Below are positions 13,659-28,197 of a stretch of 64,000 nt of DNA, piece by piece (position 1 is the first letter of the stretch; every line of letters starts with the position of its first letter). This stretch comes from the human T2T-CHM13v2.0 reference genome, Homo sapiens. The stretch lies in NCBI RefSeq assembly GCF_009914755.1, contig NC_060927.1; one strand, 5' to 3'. A program made the translations under genes and the position numbers. The notes below the pieces were generated by a model. It saw only the letters and a list, made by a program, of their open reading frames with translations. It made no database searches and was not told the DNA's origin.

Positions 13659-15668
13659 TTAAAAAGGGAAATAATTTTTTAAATTTATTTGATTGTTTCT
13701 TAAGATACAGTTGGTCTTCATAACAATCAAACTGTTGGTTGGCTGACTTGACAGTCTACATTTCAGGTTGTAGTTTTAAAAAGAAATTATGCCAGCTTAT
13801 TCTTTGTATAAACTGATATTTTGACGGACTTGAGATTTGAAGTTGAATCTGTTGCAACACTCTTAATGATCTAACATAAATTGTTATGATATATCGTTTT
13901 GATGAAATAAAACAAGAAATGATCTCATTAAACCATGAAGCAGTTTATGACATATCATTAAGTGGTACCCAGGTGGCTGAATTCAGTTTGGTTGCCAAAG
14001 ATGTCTATATCCTACCAATAATTAGATTACAAATAGATAAATTATATAATACAATTCAATAGGGGCCTACGGGCATTAGAAAAACAGTCAATGGACCATT
14101 ACCAATGAATCTGATCTAAGCATTTCTTGATACATCATGATGTAATAGCCAGCTAAAAGAATGATATATGCTGAAATCTGATTTCTTCATATCAGATTTG
14201 TTTGATAAATTAATGAGTTGGCAAAAAGTTAAAAGTTTTATAAAACAGGCATAAATTTTGAAGAGGTAGGGTAAGAAGAAGTGCTATAAAGAGAGAAAGA
14301 AATCATGCTTTGTACAAACAAGTATTTTTCTTATTCATGCGTGAAAGGTATTTTATTTCCCATGAGTTGAAAAAAAGATGACTGATTAAACTTTTCTTTC
14401 AATCCTCATTTAATTTTAATGTTATGTCACTACTTCTTTTCACAAAAGTAGCCATTTTTGTATGGTTGTAAAAATTAAACACATGAAGAGAGAGTACTAG
14501 ACCTGAATATCAAAAGAGCAAGATATCTTCAAGAAAAATAACGTGTTCGTGCCTACTTATAATTTGACTTTTGATGTCAAAGTCTTCAGGAACAAATCAT
14601 TTCCATAGGTAGCGGGTTTCTAGCTTTAAGGTATATTTCAACAAAGTGGAGTCCTTCAAGTGGATGCCTAGTAATTTATACACTTTGTTAACTTTGGCCT
14701 GGCCATCTTAGGACTCACCTTAAAGAAGGACACATATATTAGAACTTTATCAGAAAACTATTCTACCATAATAAGAGATATCACTTGAAAGCTTTCCAAA
14801 ATGGTAATTATTGAAGAGAAGACACATAAAACTGTCTGGGCCGAAGAGTTATTGGCACCCTGATGCTCCTTGTCAAAATGTGATTACTATATATCTGTAG
14901 ACATTAATTATGGGTGGCTTTTTAAAAAGTAGGTTACAAGATCATTTTCATTGGCTGTAGCTTGTAACATAGCTCAAGAAATATCATAATGAACAGGACA
15001 CCAGATCTGAAAGTATTTGTGTTTCAGGTGTGACAAGGTTACCTCAAGATCTTAACAGTATGGCAAAGTTGACACTTGACATTAAATTACTCTCAGTAGA
15101 TATATTTTTCAAATGTACTTCTGCTTCTATAATTACAAAACCTTTATAATAGATTAGGCTCTAACACTTGACCTGTATTTCTTTTTGATGTATTAACTAC
15201 AATATTGCACTTTGTACCTGTTCTTAGCTTTAAAAAGACAAAATTGTCCTTCACTTATTATTTATTATATTGGTTATTTCAGTCAAATTATAAAAATTCA
15301 ATTTTTGACAAGTGATGCTATATAGCTTTTCTAGAAAATGAACTTATATAATATTATAACTTTAGAAATTGATACTCTTTATTAAAGGGAATTGTAAAGT
15401 ATAAATGAAAGAAAAATATGCATGCATGGAATGTCAATTTATAATTGCTAATATATATGAATTATATTTGAATCCTTTCAAAACTTTTTGTGTGGCTTAC
15501 TGGTAGGATGGGAATAACTATAAGATTGCTATGAGGAGTTTTCAGTATAAATCATTATCACCTTATTCAGTTCATTTCATCCAAATTCATCACTGTAACC
15601 AAATATATTGATTAATCAGATATTTATATTTAACTAAAATGGACGTTATGTTTGAGTCCCCATGTATA

Positions 15669-16004
15669 TAGTCACGTACCACATGACAACATGTTTCTGT
15701 CAGTGATGGACCACCTATATGATGGTGACTTTATAAAATTATAACACCAAGTTTTTACAGCACCTCTTTTATGTTTAGATACACAAATATTCACCATTGT
15801 GTTACAACAGCCTACAGTATTCAGTACAGTAACATACTTATAGGTTTGTAGCCTAGAAAGAATAGGCAATACCGTATAGCCTAGAGGAGTAGTAGTCTAT
15901 ACCATCTAGGTTTGTGTAAGTGCACCCTATAATGCTCACATGATAAAACTGCAAAATGATGCATCTCTCAGAATGTGCCCCCATTGTTAAGTGACTCATC
16001 ACTG
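15669..16004 (+). mobile_element. Tigger3a (MER7A) DNA transposon
   Basis: agtcacgtacc...cctacagtattcagtacagtaaca...ataccatctaggtttgtgtaagt...tctcagaatgtgcccccattgttaagtgactcatcactg; TA flanks. Confidence 0.9.
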
Positions 16005-17049
16005 TATTAACGCCTACATATATAAATATATATACACATATATAAATACACACACGTATATATAGCTAATACTTGTATCCAGCTAACACTTGCTCTGCAA
16101 GTGTGTGTATATATGTACATAATACATAATATGTATACTTATGTACATGATATACATGTAAATATATATACAATATTCTTTAAAATTAGAGTCAATAACC
16201 TAAAGAGCAGACTATGAGCCAACCCAACTTCTTATATGTTATTTTCACAAGAAAATTGTGTCTCAAATATAAATATTGCATAAAAATGAGGACACTTCTA
16301 GGCTCTATTAATAGACATATCTAAGTTTCTGATTTATTTAAGTATATTTAAACCCTAGCCATTTTTAAAGTCAAATGTTCTGTTGCAGAGCCTGATGAGC
16401 CAACATAAAATTTGTAGTTGCTAGAACAGAAATGAAACAAAAAAGCAAAAAATATCTATATCTGTAGACATGTATATTGTTAGCAGATAACTACTTACAT
16501 TGCTCATGCACTGTTGTATTTTTATAGAAATTATTTCATCTTTGTAAAGCCTGAAGATCTCTCATATAAGGATACTTTTCATGAAATGGAGACAAAAATA
16601 AAAATTTTTCACAGAACCAAATTTTGAATATTGGTTTAACATTATCAACTGATTTTAGAATACTGTATAATATTTCAATTATATCATGAAACTGTTTTTT
16701 ATCTGAATGATTTTTAAACCAAAATTATCTTTTAATAAATGTATCATATTTTAATTTGAATAAAATTATTTTAAATCTTCTTTCTTTAGGAATAAAAAAT
16801 TCCTTTAGTCTCCTAAGAAACATTCTATACTTTTTATTTTTTATCACAAAAAAATTACACATGCTTAAAATAATAACTAAAGTAATCCCAAAATATAAAA
16901 AGATGATCACATTAACCATGCTTCTCTAGAGCACCCTGCTTTCCCCATGCTTTATCTTGAAGTTAGCAATGCTGACATTATAGTATAGAATGTTCAATAA
17001 TTTTTTCTGTTCTTATATTCACCAATACACAAATATGGTGCCTTTAGTT

Positions 17050-17575
17050 TAAAAATGAGATCACACCATGGAATGTAATAAGCCATTTTTTAAAGCTATG
17101 TATCTATTACAGATCCTTGTAGGTTCAGAGTAAAAGTTCTGTTTGTACAGCTTTATAATAGTTGATAGAATGTGTGTAATGTTAATCCATTCCTCTATTG
17201 CTCTATTGATGGGCATTCAGGTTGCTTCCTGTTTTATGTCATTATAAATAATGTTGCTATAGGTATTCACATGTGTATTTGTCTTTTTATTACTTATTGA
17301 TATTTTTATTTCCACATAATCAATTTGCAGAAGTAGACTTGCATCATTTGAATTGCTTTGAAGGATACTGACAAATTACCTTCCAAAGCTGACTGCAATT
17401 CAATGTCAAACCAGCAATGTACCAGAAGGCCCTCCTTCCTAATATCTTGTATGTAACATATTATTGCTTTCCTCAACTTTTGATAGTTTGGGATTAAATT
17501 TTATTTTTGTTTTGCATTGATTGGAATTTTCCCAAGCACTAGTGATTTTGATTATCTTTTCATAGATTTCTTGTT
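17050..17575 (-). mobile_element. Old L1 (L1ME-type) 3' fragment
   Basis: ctattgatgggcattcaggttgcttcc...ataatgttgctat...ccagcaatgt...actagtgattttgattatcttttcat. Confidence 0.65.
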
Positions 17576-17584
17576 TGAGACTCA

Positions 17585-17745
17585 GCAGAGACAAATGGTT
17601 AAGACTATGAAATTAAGACAGATTTCTTTGCTTTGAATTCTAATAACTCTAGTTAGTATTCTTGTAGCAATGGGCAAGTAACTTAAGCAATCTCTAACTC
17701 AATTTCTTCAGCTATAAAATAAGGATATCAGTAGTTCCCAGTTCA
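17585..17745 (+). mobile_element. MIR SINE
   Basis: aatggttaagact...tgggcaagtaacttaagcaatctctaactcaatttcttcagctataaaat. Confidence 0.75.
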
Positions 17746-17967
17746 CAGCAGAGGTGGCTGGCCAAATCCAGGTTCTCCTTGCTTTCTTCTACATTATGCC
17801 CAACATCTGCCAGCACCAACATCCTACATTGGCTCAGACTTGGCACCAGATGCTTATTTCCAGGACCACAGAGGTAGTAGTTCTGCAGTGGCAACAGCTT
17901 CCACAGACCTATTTATTAACCCTCCCTTCATGGTCACAATTTGGACTTCTCTGCAAGCTACAAAGAA

Positions 17968-18484
17968 TGAGAAAGGCAGCTCTTGGCACTTGGAGCTGGT
18001 CCTGGTACTCACAATAAAATCTTAATGTTCTCCTTTTGAACATAAATAGTTTCCCAAGTCATCAACACCAGAGGAAACCACTCTGTGACCTTGATGGATC
18101 AAAACAAAAACAGAACCACTCTGTAATCATATCTGAACATAAAATATGAACATTGTCCTATCTACATATTAACCACACATCCTGTCTTGGCTTACATCAG
18201 TGTTGATTGCTTTCTTTCTGATTTTATTTTTAGTATTGCACTAGTTTCTTTCCTCTTTGTAGATAAAATGTATTAAGATATCAAGTCATTGAATTATCCT
18301 TGCATCCAGAGTAAAACACTGCTTACATAAATTATCCTCAAAATTACCTAATGTAAACATAAATTGTACAATAATTCCTTTCTAACAAATTCTTACTGAG
18401 ACATTTGATGCATTATGAGTAATGAACCCAACTTGTTAAACTACAGATATGGTCCTGTTGGTCCTTGGCTGGAGAACATTAACA
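17968..18484 (+). mobile_element. MER31-type ERV1 solo LTR
   Basis: tgagaaagg...ggagctggtcctggtactcac...ccactctgtgaccttgatggatcaaaacaaaaacagaaccactctgtaatcat...cccaacttgttaaactacag...ggctggagaacattaaca. Confidence 0.75.
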
Positions 18485-20361
18485 CTACAAATTATTAACT
18501 CACAGCAGTCCTTCAGATTAACTCATTAATGACTTAGCAATCCCTCTGATTCTCAGAATTCCCCTTCCAGACTTTAATTTTCCCTGCTCCTCACACTTTT
18601 GTGTTGGATCTAATTTCATATTTTCTGCCTTGCTAAACCCTGACTAATGTAATTAATTTTTTATACTGATCCTTAGTAGATGTACATATTTTCAAGGTAC
18701 ATGTGATAATTTGATAAATCAGGATAATTGGGATAGCCATCATCTTAATTATTTATCTTTTTTATGCTAGAAAATTCAAGTTGTTATCTTCTTTTTTGAA
18801 ATGTACAATACATTAATGTTAACTACAGTCACTTTACTGATCCAATGAACACCAGGTCTTATTTCTTCTACTAACTGTATTTGCACTCATTGATCAACCT
18901 CTCTTTATCACCCTCTCTCCACTACCTTTGCTGGTAACCACCAATCTAATGTCTATCTTCATGAGATCTACATTTTTAGCTCCCACATATGAGTGAGAAT
19001 TTGCAACATTTGTCTCACTGTGCTTGGCTTATATCACATAACATAATGAGTTCCAGTTTTATCCCTGTTGCTGCAAATTACAGGATGTCATTCTTTTTTT
19101 ATGACTTAATAGCATACCATTGTACACACCAAATTTTCTTTATACATTCATCCATTAATGGGCACCTTGGTTGATTCCATATTATGATTATTGTGAATCG
19201 TGCTACAATACACGTGGGAATGAAGATAACTCTTTGATGTATTGATTTTCTTACTTTTGAATACATACTCAGTAGTGGAATTGCTGGATAATATGGAACA
19301 TCTACTTTAAGGTTTCTGAGAAACCTCTAGACTGTTTTCTATAGTGGCTGTACTAATTTACATTCCCACCAACAGAGGACAAGAGTTTTTCTTTCTTCAC
19401 ATGCTTGCCAGCATCCATTATTTCCTGTCTTTTATATAAAAGCATTTTAACTGGGTTGAGATGATATCTCATTGTGACGTTTTCATTTCTCTGATGATTA
19501 GTGATGTGAGCATTTTTCATATATGTTGGCCATTTGTATGTCTTCTTTTGAGAAATGTCTATTCAGATCTTTTGCACATTGCTAAATTGGATTTTTTTAT
19601 TTATTTATATTTTGCTATTAAGTTGTTTGAGCTTCTTATATATTCTAGTTTTAATCCTTTGTCAAATGGATAGTTTACAAATATTCTCTCCTATATTGTA
19701 GGTTTTCTCTTCAGTCTGTGTATTGTTTCCTTTGCTGTGCAGAAGCTTTTTAGCTTAAGGTGATCCCATTTGTCTATTTTTGCTTTTGTCATTGTGCTTT
19801 TGAGGTCTTATACTTAGATCCATGCCTAGATTCATGTCCCAGAGCCTTTCACCAATGCTTTCTTCTAGTAATGTCATAGTTTCAGATCTTAGATCTAATG
19901 CTTTAAACCATTTTGATTTTATTTTTACATACAGTGAAAGACAGGGGTTTAATTTCATTCTTCTGCTTATGGATATCCAGTTTTCCCCACACCATTTATT
20001 GAAGAGAATGCTTTTTTCCCACTGTTTGTTTTGGGAGCCTTTCTCAAAATGAGTTGGCTGTAAAAGTGTGGATTTATATGTGTTATTTATAACACATATA
20101 AATAAAAAACAAAGGCTCCATTGGTCAATGTGCCTTTTCTTATGCCACAGCATGCTTATATGGTTAGTTTATCTTTGTACTACATTTTGAAATCTGGTGG
20201 TATGATGCCTCCAGCTTTGTTCTTTTTGCCCAGGATTGCTTTGGCTATTCAGGTTCTTTTGTGGTTCCATATAAATTTTAGGATTGTTTTCTCTATTTGA
20301 AGAATGTTATATGCATTTTCACAGAGATTGCATTGAATGTGTAAATAGTCTTAGGTAGTAT

Positions 20362-20931
20362 TGATGGCAGCTGGAGGCAAACAGGTTCCTAGGCAGGAAG
20401 GGGCGAATCCCCAGTGAGGCCCAGACTTCAAATCAGAGATGACCTGAAATCTGGGGGCTGGACTGCCAGTTACAGGTGGAGTCTGCGATCCAGAGTGAGA
20501 ACTTCCTTGATGCCTTTCAGCCAATTGGATTGTGATTTATTCAGTCCTGCACATGGTCACCAATTACCAATCAGCATACACTTCCTCCTGCCCACAGACC
20601 AATAAGCACACACTTTCTTCATTCTGAGCTCATAAAAACCCTAGACTCAGCCAGACTCAGACACTGGCCAGAACTGCGTGCCTGGCACTGCTGTGCCTGG
20701 CTGTGCACAGTGGCTGGACCCCATGCTTGCTCATTTACACACCCATTACCACTCCATAACTGGCTCATCTTTGGCAGGTGTGGGATCTGCACAGGTAGCA
20801 CGAACTGAACACAGCCTGCTGGGCCAAGTGGGCAGAACAGGTCTAGTGGATGCTAGCAAAACTCAAGCTGAGGCACCACTGGCCACAGAAGTTTCTGGCT
20901 GGTGAAGTGACACCCCAAGGATCCTGTGACA
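20362..20931 (+). mobile_element. ERV1 solo LTR, LTR27-like
   Basis: tgatggcag...gagtgagaacttccttgatgcctttcagccaat...ccaatcagca...cataaaaaccctagactcagccagactca...atcctgtgaca; TSD GTAT (20358-20361 / 20932-20935). Confidence 0.8.
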
Positions 20932-22645
20932 GTATTACCATTTTAACAATATTAATTCTTCCAATCCATTAGAATAAGATATCTTTCCATTTTTTGTGTG
21001 TCCGCTTCAGATCCTTCCACAGTGTTTTACAGTTTTCTTTGTATAGATTATTGACATGTTTGGTTAAATTGATTCCTAGGTATTTTATATTCTATGTAGC
21101 TACTGGAAATGGCAGTGCTTTCTTGACTTCCTTTTCAGATTGGTCACTGTTGGAATATGTAAATGCTACTGATATCTGTATGTTGATTTTGCGTCTTGCA
21201 AATTTACTGAATTTATTTATCAGTTCTGATAGTTGTTCATGGATTTTTTGTGTTTTTCTAAACATAAGATCATATTATCAGTGTACAAGTCTAATTTGAC
21301 TTCTTCATTTCCAATGTGGACACACTTTATTTTTTTTGTCTTGCCTAATTGCTTCAGCCAAGACTTCCAATATTATATTGAACAAAGATGGTAAAAGCGG
21401 GCATCCTTGTTTTGTTTCTGATCTTAGAGTAAAAGTTTTCAGTTTTTTTCCACGTAGTATTATGTTCACTGTGGGCTTGTGGATGGCCTTTATTATTCTG
21501 AAGTATGCTCCTTCTATGTCCAATTTGTTGAGGGTTTTTATCAAAAGGGAAGTTAAATTTTATTGAATTATCTCTCAACATCTATTAAAATGATCATAAG
21601 ATTTTTGTTCTTGGTTCTGTTAATGTAATGTTTCATTATTGATTTGTGTTTGTTGAATCATCCTCGCATCCCAGGGATGAATGCCAATTGATCATGGTGA
21701 ATGATCTTTTTAATGTGTTATTGAATTTGGTTTGCTAGTATTTAAATGAGGATTTCTGCATCTATGTTCATCAGTGACATTGGCTTGTAGGTTTCTTTTG
21801 TTGTTGTTGTTGTTGTGTCTTTTTCTGGTTTTGAAATCAGGGTAATCTTAGCATCATATAAAGAGTTTGGATGTGTGCCCTCCTCTTCTTTATATTGCAG
21901 GACTTGAGTAGCATTGGTATTGGTTCTTCCTCAAATATTTGGTAGAATTCAGCAGTGAAGCCATCAGGTCCTGAGCTTTTCTTTGAGGGGAGACCTTTTA
22001 TTACAGCTTCAAACTTGTCACACATTCTTGGTTTGTCAAGGTTTTCTATTTCATCCAGGTTTAATCTTGGTAGATTTTATGTGTCCAGGGATTTATCCGT
22101 TTCATTTAGATTTTTCAATTTGTTGATATATAGTTGTTCAGAATAGTCTTTAATGATTATTTGCATTTTTGTGGTCTCAGATGTGTGTTTTCTGATGTCA
22201 TTTATTTGATTTTTCTCTTTGTTTTCTTAGTCTAGCTAAAGGTTTGTTAATTTTGTTTATATATTTTTAAAAAACAACATATTTTTCTAGGTCTTCTGTA
22301 GTGCTTTTTTAGTCTTTAATTTATTTATACTGTGGTCTTTTATTTTACTTCTACTAATTTGTGTTTTGTTTGTTACTGCTTTTCTAGCTCCTTTAGGTAC
22401 ACTCTTATGTTGTTTATTTGATGTATTTCTACTTTTATGATGTAGATACTTATTGCTGTAAACTTTCCCATTTGTACCAATTTTGCCTTATCTCTTAGAT
22501 TTTTGCATGTTGTTTTTTGTTTCAAAAAATTAATTTTCCTTTTTAATTTCTTTATTGACCTATTGGTCTTTCAGGAGAATTTTTAATTTTCATGTATTTG
22601 TGAAACTTTGGAACTGCTTCCAAAGTTCCTCTTGTGATTGATTTT

Positions 22646-22982
<337 letters not shown>

Positions 22983-23609
22983 CTAATATATAATCTATTA
23001 TGAACAGTGTGCTGATATAAAGAATGAATATTTTGCAGCAGTTGACAGAAATGTTCTGTGAATGTCAGTTTGGCTTATTTGTTCTGGTATGCAGTTTATC
23101 CCCAATGTGTTTCTTTGTTGATTTCATGTCTGGATGATCTGTCCATTATTGAGAGTAGGATGCTGCAATCCTCTACTATTATTGTGTTATAATCTCTGTC
23201 CTTTTAAATATATTAATGTTAGCTTTACATACATGGGAGCTAAAGGGTTGGTCGCATATTTATACTTGTTATATCCACTTGCTAAATTGACCCCTTTATT
23301 ATTATAGAGTGACCTTTGTTGTCTCTTTTTACAGTCTTTGACTTATAGTCTATTTTATCTGATGTAAATGTAGTTATTTCTGCTCGTTTTTATTTCCCTT
23401 TGCATGCAATCTTATTCCATCCCTTCATTCTCAGTCTACCTGTGTCCTTATAAGTGAGATGAGTTTTCTGAAGCCAGCATATAATAGCATTTCATTTCTT
23501 TATCAATTTAGCCACTTTATGCCTTTAATTGGAATATTGAGTCCATTTACATTGTGTTATTATTGATAATTGAGAACTTGTGACTGCCATTTTGTTGCTT
23601 ATTTTCTGG

Positions 23610-23830
23610 CCCTCCTTCCTTCCTTCCTTCCTTCTTTCTTTCTCTTTACTTTTATTGTTATTCTCCTTCCTTCCTGCCTGCCTTTCTTCCTTCCTTCCTT
23701 CCATCTTTCCTTCCTTCTTTCTCTTTACTTTTATTTTCTCCTTCCTTCCTTTTCTCCCTCCTTTCTTCCTTTCCTTTCCCTCCCTCCCTACCTCCCTCTC
23801 CCTCCTTCCCTTCCTTCCTTTTTTTTTTCT
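23610..23830. repeat. (CCTT)n / CT-rich polypyrimidine tract inside the L1
   Basis: Directly visible; includes two copies of ctttctctttacttttatt. Confidence 0.9.
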
Positions 23831-25176
23831 GTCTTCTTTTGTGGTTAAGTGATTTTCTCAGGTGGTATGTTTAAATTTATTTTTATTTTTAGTGTTTTAA
23901 TTATGTCTTTGCATTGTGGTTACCATGAGGATTACCAAATAAAATCTTATAGATATAACAAGTTTATTTTAAAGAGATGACAATTTATCTTGGATTGCAC
24001 ACACAAAAGAATAGAAACAAAGACAAAAACTTGAAGAAATAGCTGTGTTATAATCTCTCTATCTTTCGAAAAATTCTATGCTATAGCTTAATCCTTCCAT
24101 ATTTTTCTTTTTGTTGCCTCAATTTACATATTCACATATGTATCCCTTAATAGGTAAACCTATCTCTTAATAGGTTTCTGTAGCTATTATTGTTCCAATA
24201 AATTTGTTCTTTGGGCTTTATACTAGAGTTATGAGTGAATTGCACATCACAATTAATATTGGGTTAGTCTGGAATTGTCTTTGTATTTAGTTTTACCAGA
24301 CAGTTTTGTACCATCAAATGTTTTCGATTGCAGATTAGTGTTTTTTGTTTGTTTGTTTTTTGTTTTTTTGACATTGAAGAACTCCCTTTACTATTTCTTG
24401 TAACATGAACCTGGTGGTAGTGAATTTGCTCAGTTTTTTTGTTTTTGTTTTTTTTTCTGGGAAATACTTTATCTCTCCTTTATGTTTGAAGGGAGGCTTT
24501 GCTGGGTACAGTATTCTTGAATGGCAGTTTTTTTCCAGCACTTTGAAAATGTGATCCCACATCCTCCTGACCTACATGGTTTCCATCGAGAGGTCTATTG
24601 CCAGAGGAATTGGGGTTCCTTTATGTTTTATTTGCTTCTTTTCTCTTGCTGCTTCTAGAATCCTCCCTTTGTCCTTGACATTTTAGAGTTTGATTATTAT
24701 AAGCCTTGTGGTAATCTTATTTTGGTTGAATCACTTTGGTGTTCTCTGACATTCCTCTATGGGCATATTCATACCTTTCTGAAGTTTTATAAAGTTTTCT
24801 GTTATTATTTCTTTGAACAAGCTTTCTACCCCTTGCTCTCGCTCAACTACCTCTTGAACACCAATAATTCTTAGATTTAGTCTGTGGGGTAATTTTCTTT
24901 ACCTTGAAAAAACCTTTGTTCTTTTACATTCCTGATTTTCCCCCTCTATTGATGGTATAATTTCAAACAACTTGTCTTGAAGCTCACTAATTTTTCCCTC
25001 TGCTTGATCCATTTTGCTGTTGAGAGCCTCTTATGAATTTTTTAAGTCAGCAAATGTATTTCTCAGCATGTTTTCTGGTTTTATTTCTTGTATTATTTCA
25101 ATCTCTTTGAAAATTTCTGAACTACTTTTCTGTGTTACCTTTGAGATTACTGAGTTTCCTTAAAACTGCTATTTTA

Positions 25177-25463
25177 TTTTTATTTTTTGAGATGGAGTCT
25201 CACTCTGTTGCCCAGAGGGGAGTGCAGTGCCATGATCTTGGCTCACTGCAACCTCTGCCTGAGGTTCAAGTGATACTCCTGCCTCAGCCTCCCAAGTAAC
25301 TAGGATTAGAAGTACATGCCACCACACCTGGGTGGTTTTGTATTTTTAGTAGAGATGGGGTTTCACCATGTTGGCCAGGCTGGTCTCAAATTCCCGACTT
25401 CAAGTGATCCACTTTGGCCTCCCAAAGTGCTGAGATTACAAGTGTGACCCACCATGCCTGGCC
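25177..25463 (-). mobile_element. AluS-type SINE
   Basis: gagatggagtctcactctgttgccc...ccaaagtgctgagattacaagtgtgacccaccatgcctggcc; TSD aaaactgctatttta (25162-25176 / 25465-25479). Confidence 0.93.
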
Positions 25464-25491
25464 CAAAACTGCTATTTTAAATTCTTGGTAA

Positions 25492-26205
25492 TGTGGCAGG
25501 CCAATTCTCCCTGACAATCACAGAGACAGGCCTGCATGACAGTCACACAGACAGGCCTGCATAGCACCCCAGATACAGACAAATTTTCACAGTGCTGCCT
25601 TAACATTGAGCAAATAGTTAAACCTAGGGAAATCAGTGCCCAAACATCAAAGCTAGAAAGGAAACATATGGTCAGTAGGGGCCTTGCATGGGCTTCTCCC
25701 TTGCTGTAGCAAGCCAAAATAATAGAAACAGTTTTACATTCCTAGTGCCAGGACCCATCTTGGGTTGACAAAATCTGAGACAAGTCAAGGTAAAAGAGGC
25801 AGCTGTTTGAATAGATTTATTGGAAAGTCTAAGGCAGCTCTCAGGACCAAGCTATAAAAGAGATAAGATAGAAATAATCATATTCTGTTACCACAGTAGA
25901 CAGGGCTTTAAGGTACTAGGGCCTTTTAATAGGACTTAGCAAGCATTTTTTTTTGCCTCAGACCTTCCAGTTCAAACAAAATTAGTTACCAGTAGACTTA
26001 GGCGAATGCTATACTGCACATAGGTACACAACCCCAACCTATACAAGCACTAAGAAAATTGTAACACTTTGAGTTGGTCTGGTGGGATTGTCTCCAGACT
26101 TCTCCCTGTATCCAGTTACAGCAATAAATTTCCTTCTTTCCTAGTTTTCTTCTCATTACTGGGCCTTGAGAAAATGCAGCCAGTTCTGGCTTGACCCCGG
26201 AAATA
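25492..26205 (+). mobile_element. ERV1-class solo LTR (subfamily uncertain)
   Basis: Begins tgtggcaggccaattctccctgacaatcac; AATAAA near 26123; 4-bp TSD GTAA (25488-25491 / 26206-26209); interrupts the L1. Confidence 0.85.
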
Positions 26206-27554
26206 GTAAGAGTACTCACATATCACTATCTTGTTAGGGCCAGTCACTGGTTTATTACTTTGGGGAGATCATGGTTTCCTGTTTGCCATTGTTTCTTTTG
26301 GATGTATGTGTGTCTTTGCATTGAAGGATTATTTATTCTAGCTTTCTATCTTGCTTGTTTTATTTTGTAATGGGTTTATTTCCTAAGAGATTCTTTGTAA
26401 TTTATCTATTGAATGTCTCATTTTGTTTTCTACTAAGTTGCTGTCTCCTTTTTGGCAATAGCTGGCACTTTAAGCTGAGGTTTGCCTCATCCCCAGCAAT
26501 TGATCAGGATCAGAGTGCTGCCAGTCCCAAATGGGGGAGGATTTAAAGGGAATATCCTGGAAGTATGAGAAAGCTGGCTAAGGGTGTGTGCCTATGGGGC
26601 CTGTGGAACTTATTTCCTATAGTGTGATGCTGCTGAAGAGCCACTCTGATTTGGTGTCTCCTTTGGCTGAGTTACAGAGCAGAGTTTCCAGGGCTGGGAA
26701 TAGTAGTCCTACCTCTCTTCTTTTTTTCTGGCCATCCTTAGGGATATTTCTTTCTTCACACCCTTGTGATGCTTCCTGTGGGTTGAAACAGGGACAGTTC
26801 TTCTGTCAGGGAACCCAAAATGAGGGAAGCTCATTTTCCCCTTCAGTATAAGTTTTCTAGTATAGAAATTGTGAGTTGGAGAAAATTTTCTATGTGTTTG
26901 GTGCTGAGTAGATTGAGGGAAGGTGCATTGGGGATATGGAAATCCCAATTTCTTACTGTCTGCTCAGAGTTTTTTTGCTGTTGTGGTTGTCTTGTTTTCT
27001 TTCTTATCTGTGGCCTCAGGAACTGACTCATTCTCATAATCGAGTTCTGGGATATTGCTAGTGATATTCTTGGTGCTATATACTTATTTGGTTTTGGTTT
27101 TCTGTAGGAAGAGTGAAGCCAGCTTTCTTCAACACCACCATTTTGAAACCTGAAATCTACTGATACATTCTTAACAGCATACATTTTTTATACTACTATT
27201 TTTCTTTATTCTATAAAATATTGTATTCATGCTGTCTATCTTATAATACTTGTTTTTATATTGATATATTATTTAAATATTTGAAATCATTCAAAAATTT
27301 TCTTTATTTTAAATAAACAAAATAGTTTTCCTTTATGTGGCAGCCCTTTGAATTGATTCTTGGATATTTGTAATTCTTAAGTTATTTTATCAATGTGGCA
27401 TCATATCAATCATTCATACAATTTAATTTTTCTTCTAATTTATGTCTTTGTTCTGCTGCATTTGACTGGCCAAATTACAGATTTTGTTTCAGAGATCCTT
27501 GACTTCATCATGCTTACATAATGAGGAGAACAAAGAAGGTAATTTACAAGGTAG

Positions 27555-27790
27555 CATGGCACATTATTTTGTGAGCAGGCTTTAGATGTAGAAAGCTCTG
27601 CTTACACTGTTGTTATGCTACTTCCCAATACTGCATGGTCATATACAAGTTAATTAAGCTTCTGCAGTTCAAGGTTTCCCATCTATCCAATAGAGGAAAT
27701 AAATGAATTTCAATATTTTTATAATACTAATAAGTATGTGATATGCAACCCAGCATTTGGCACTTATAGGAGTATCATAATAGTAGGCAT
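27555..27790 (+). mobile_element. MIR SINE
   Basis: gagcaggctttagatgtaga...caagttaattaagcttctgcagttcaaggtttcccatctat...cagcatttggcacttatagg. Confidence 0.55.
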
Positions 27791-28167
27791 ATTAACCAAC
27801 GAAAATTTGATTTGTTCAATTATCCATATAATCATTCAGCAAACATCAGTCATGAATGATGTTAAAATACAACATAATAAAAAAAAAACCTAGAAAAATA
27901 GGAGTCTAGACCAGACCAGATCTTTGACTCTTCACACAAAGTCAGGGGTGGAAAGATTGTTTATATTAGAAATTCACCTTGTAACATAATAGCATACTAT
28001 ATATCCTGTAGGATTTTAAGAAATGTAAGATGAAATTTCTATAATATACTCAATAGTGATTAGATAATTTTTAATGATTTTCTCAAAGGCTCAAATCAAA
28101 AACTCTTCTGTTTATGTTATGTAGAAGTATCACAATGAAGTATTGTCTACCTGATTAATTTTCCTAG

Positions 28168-28197
28168 GATCCTGGTGACCAAGGCACACAAAACAAG
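28168..28197 (+). other. Candidate 30-nt spliced exon (host gene unidentified)
   Basis: ctgattaattttcctag|GATCCTGGTGACCAAGGCACACAAAACAAG|gtaagt: branch-like CTGAT, AG acceptor, full consensus donor AAG|GTAAGT, length a multiple of 3, in non-repeat sequence. Confidence 0.55.
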
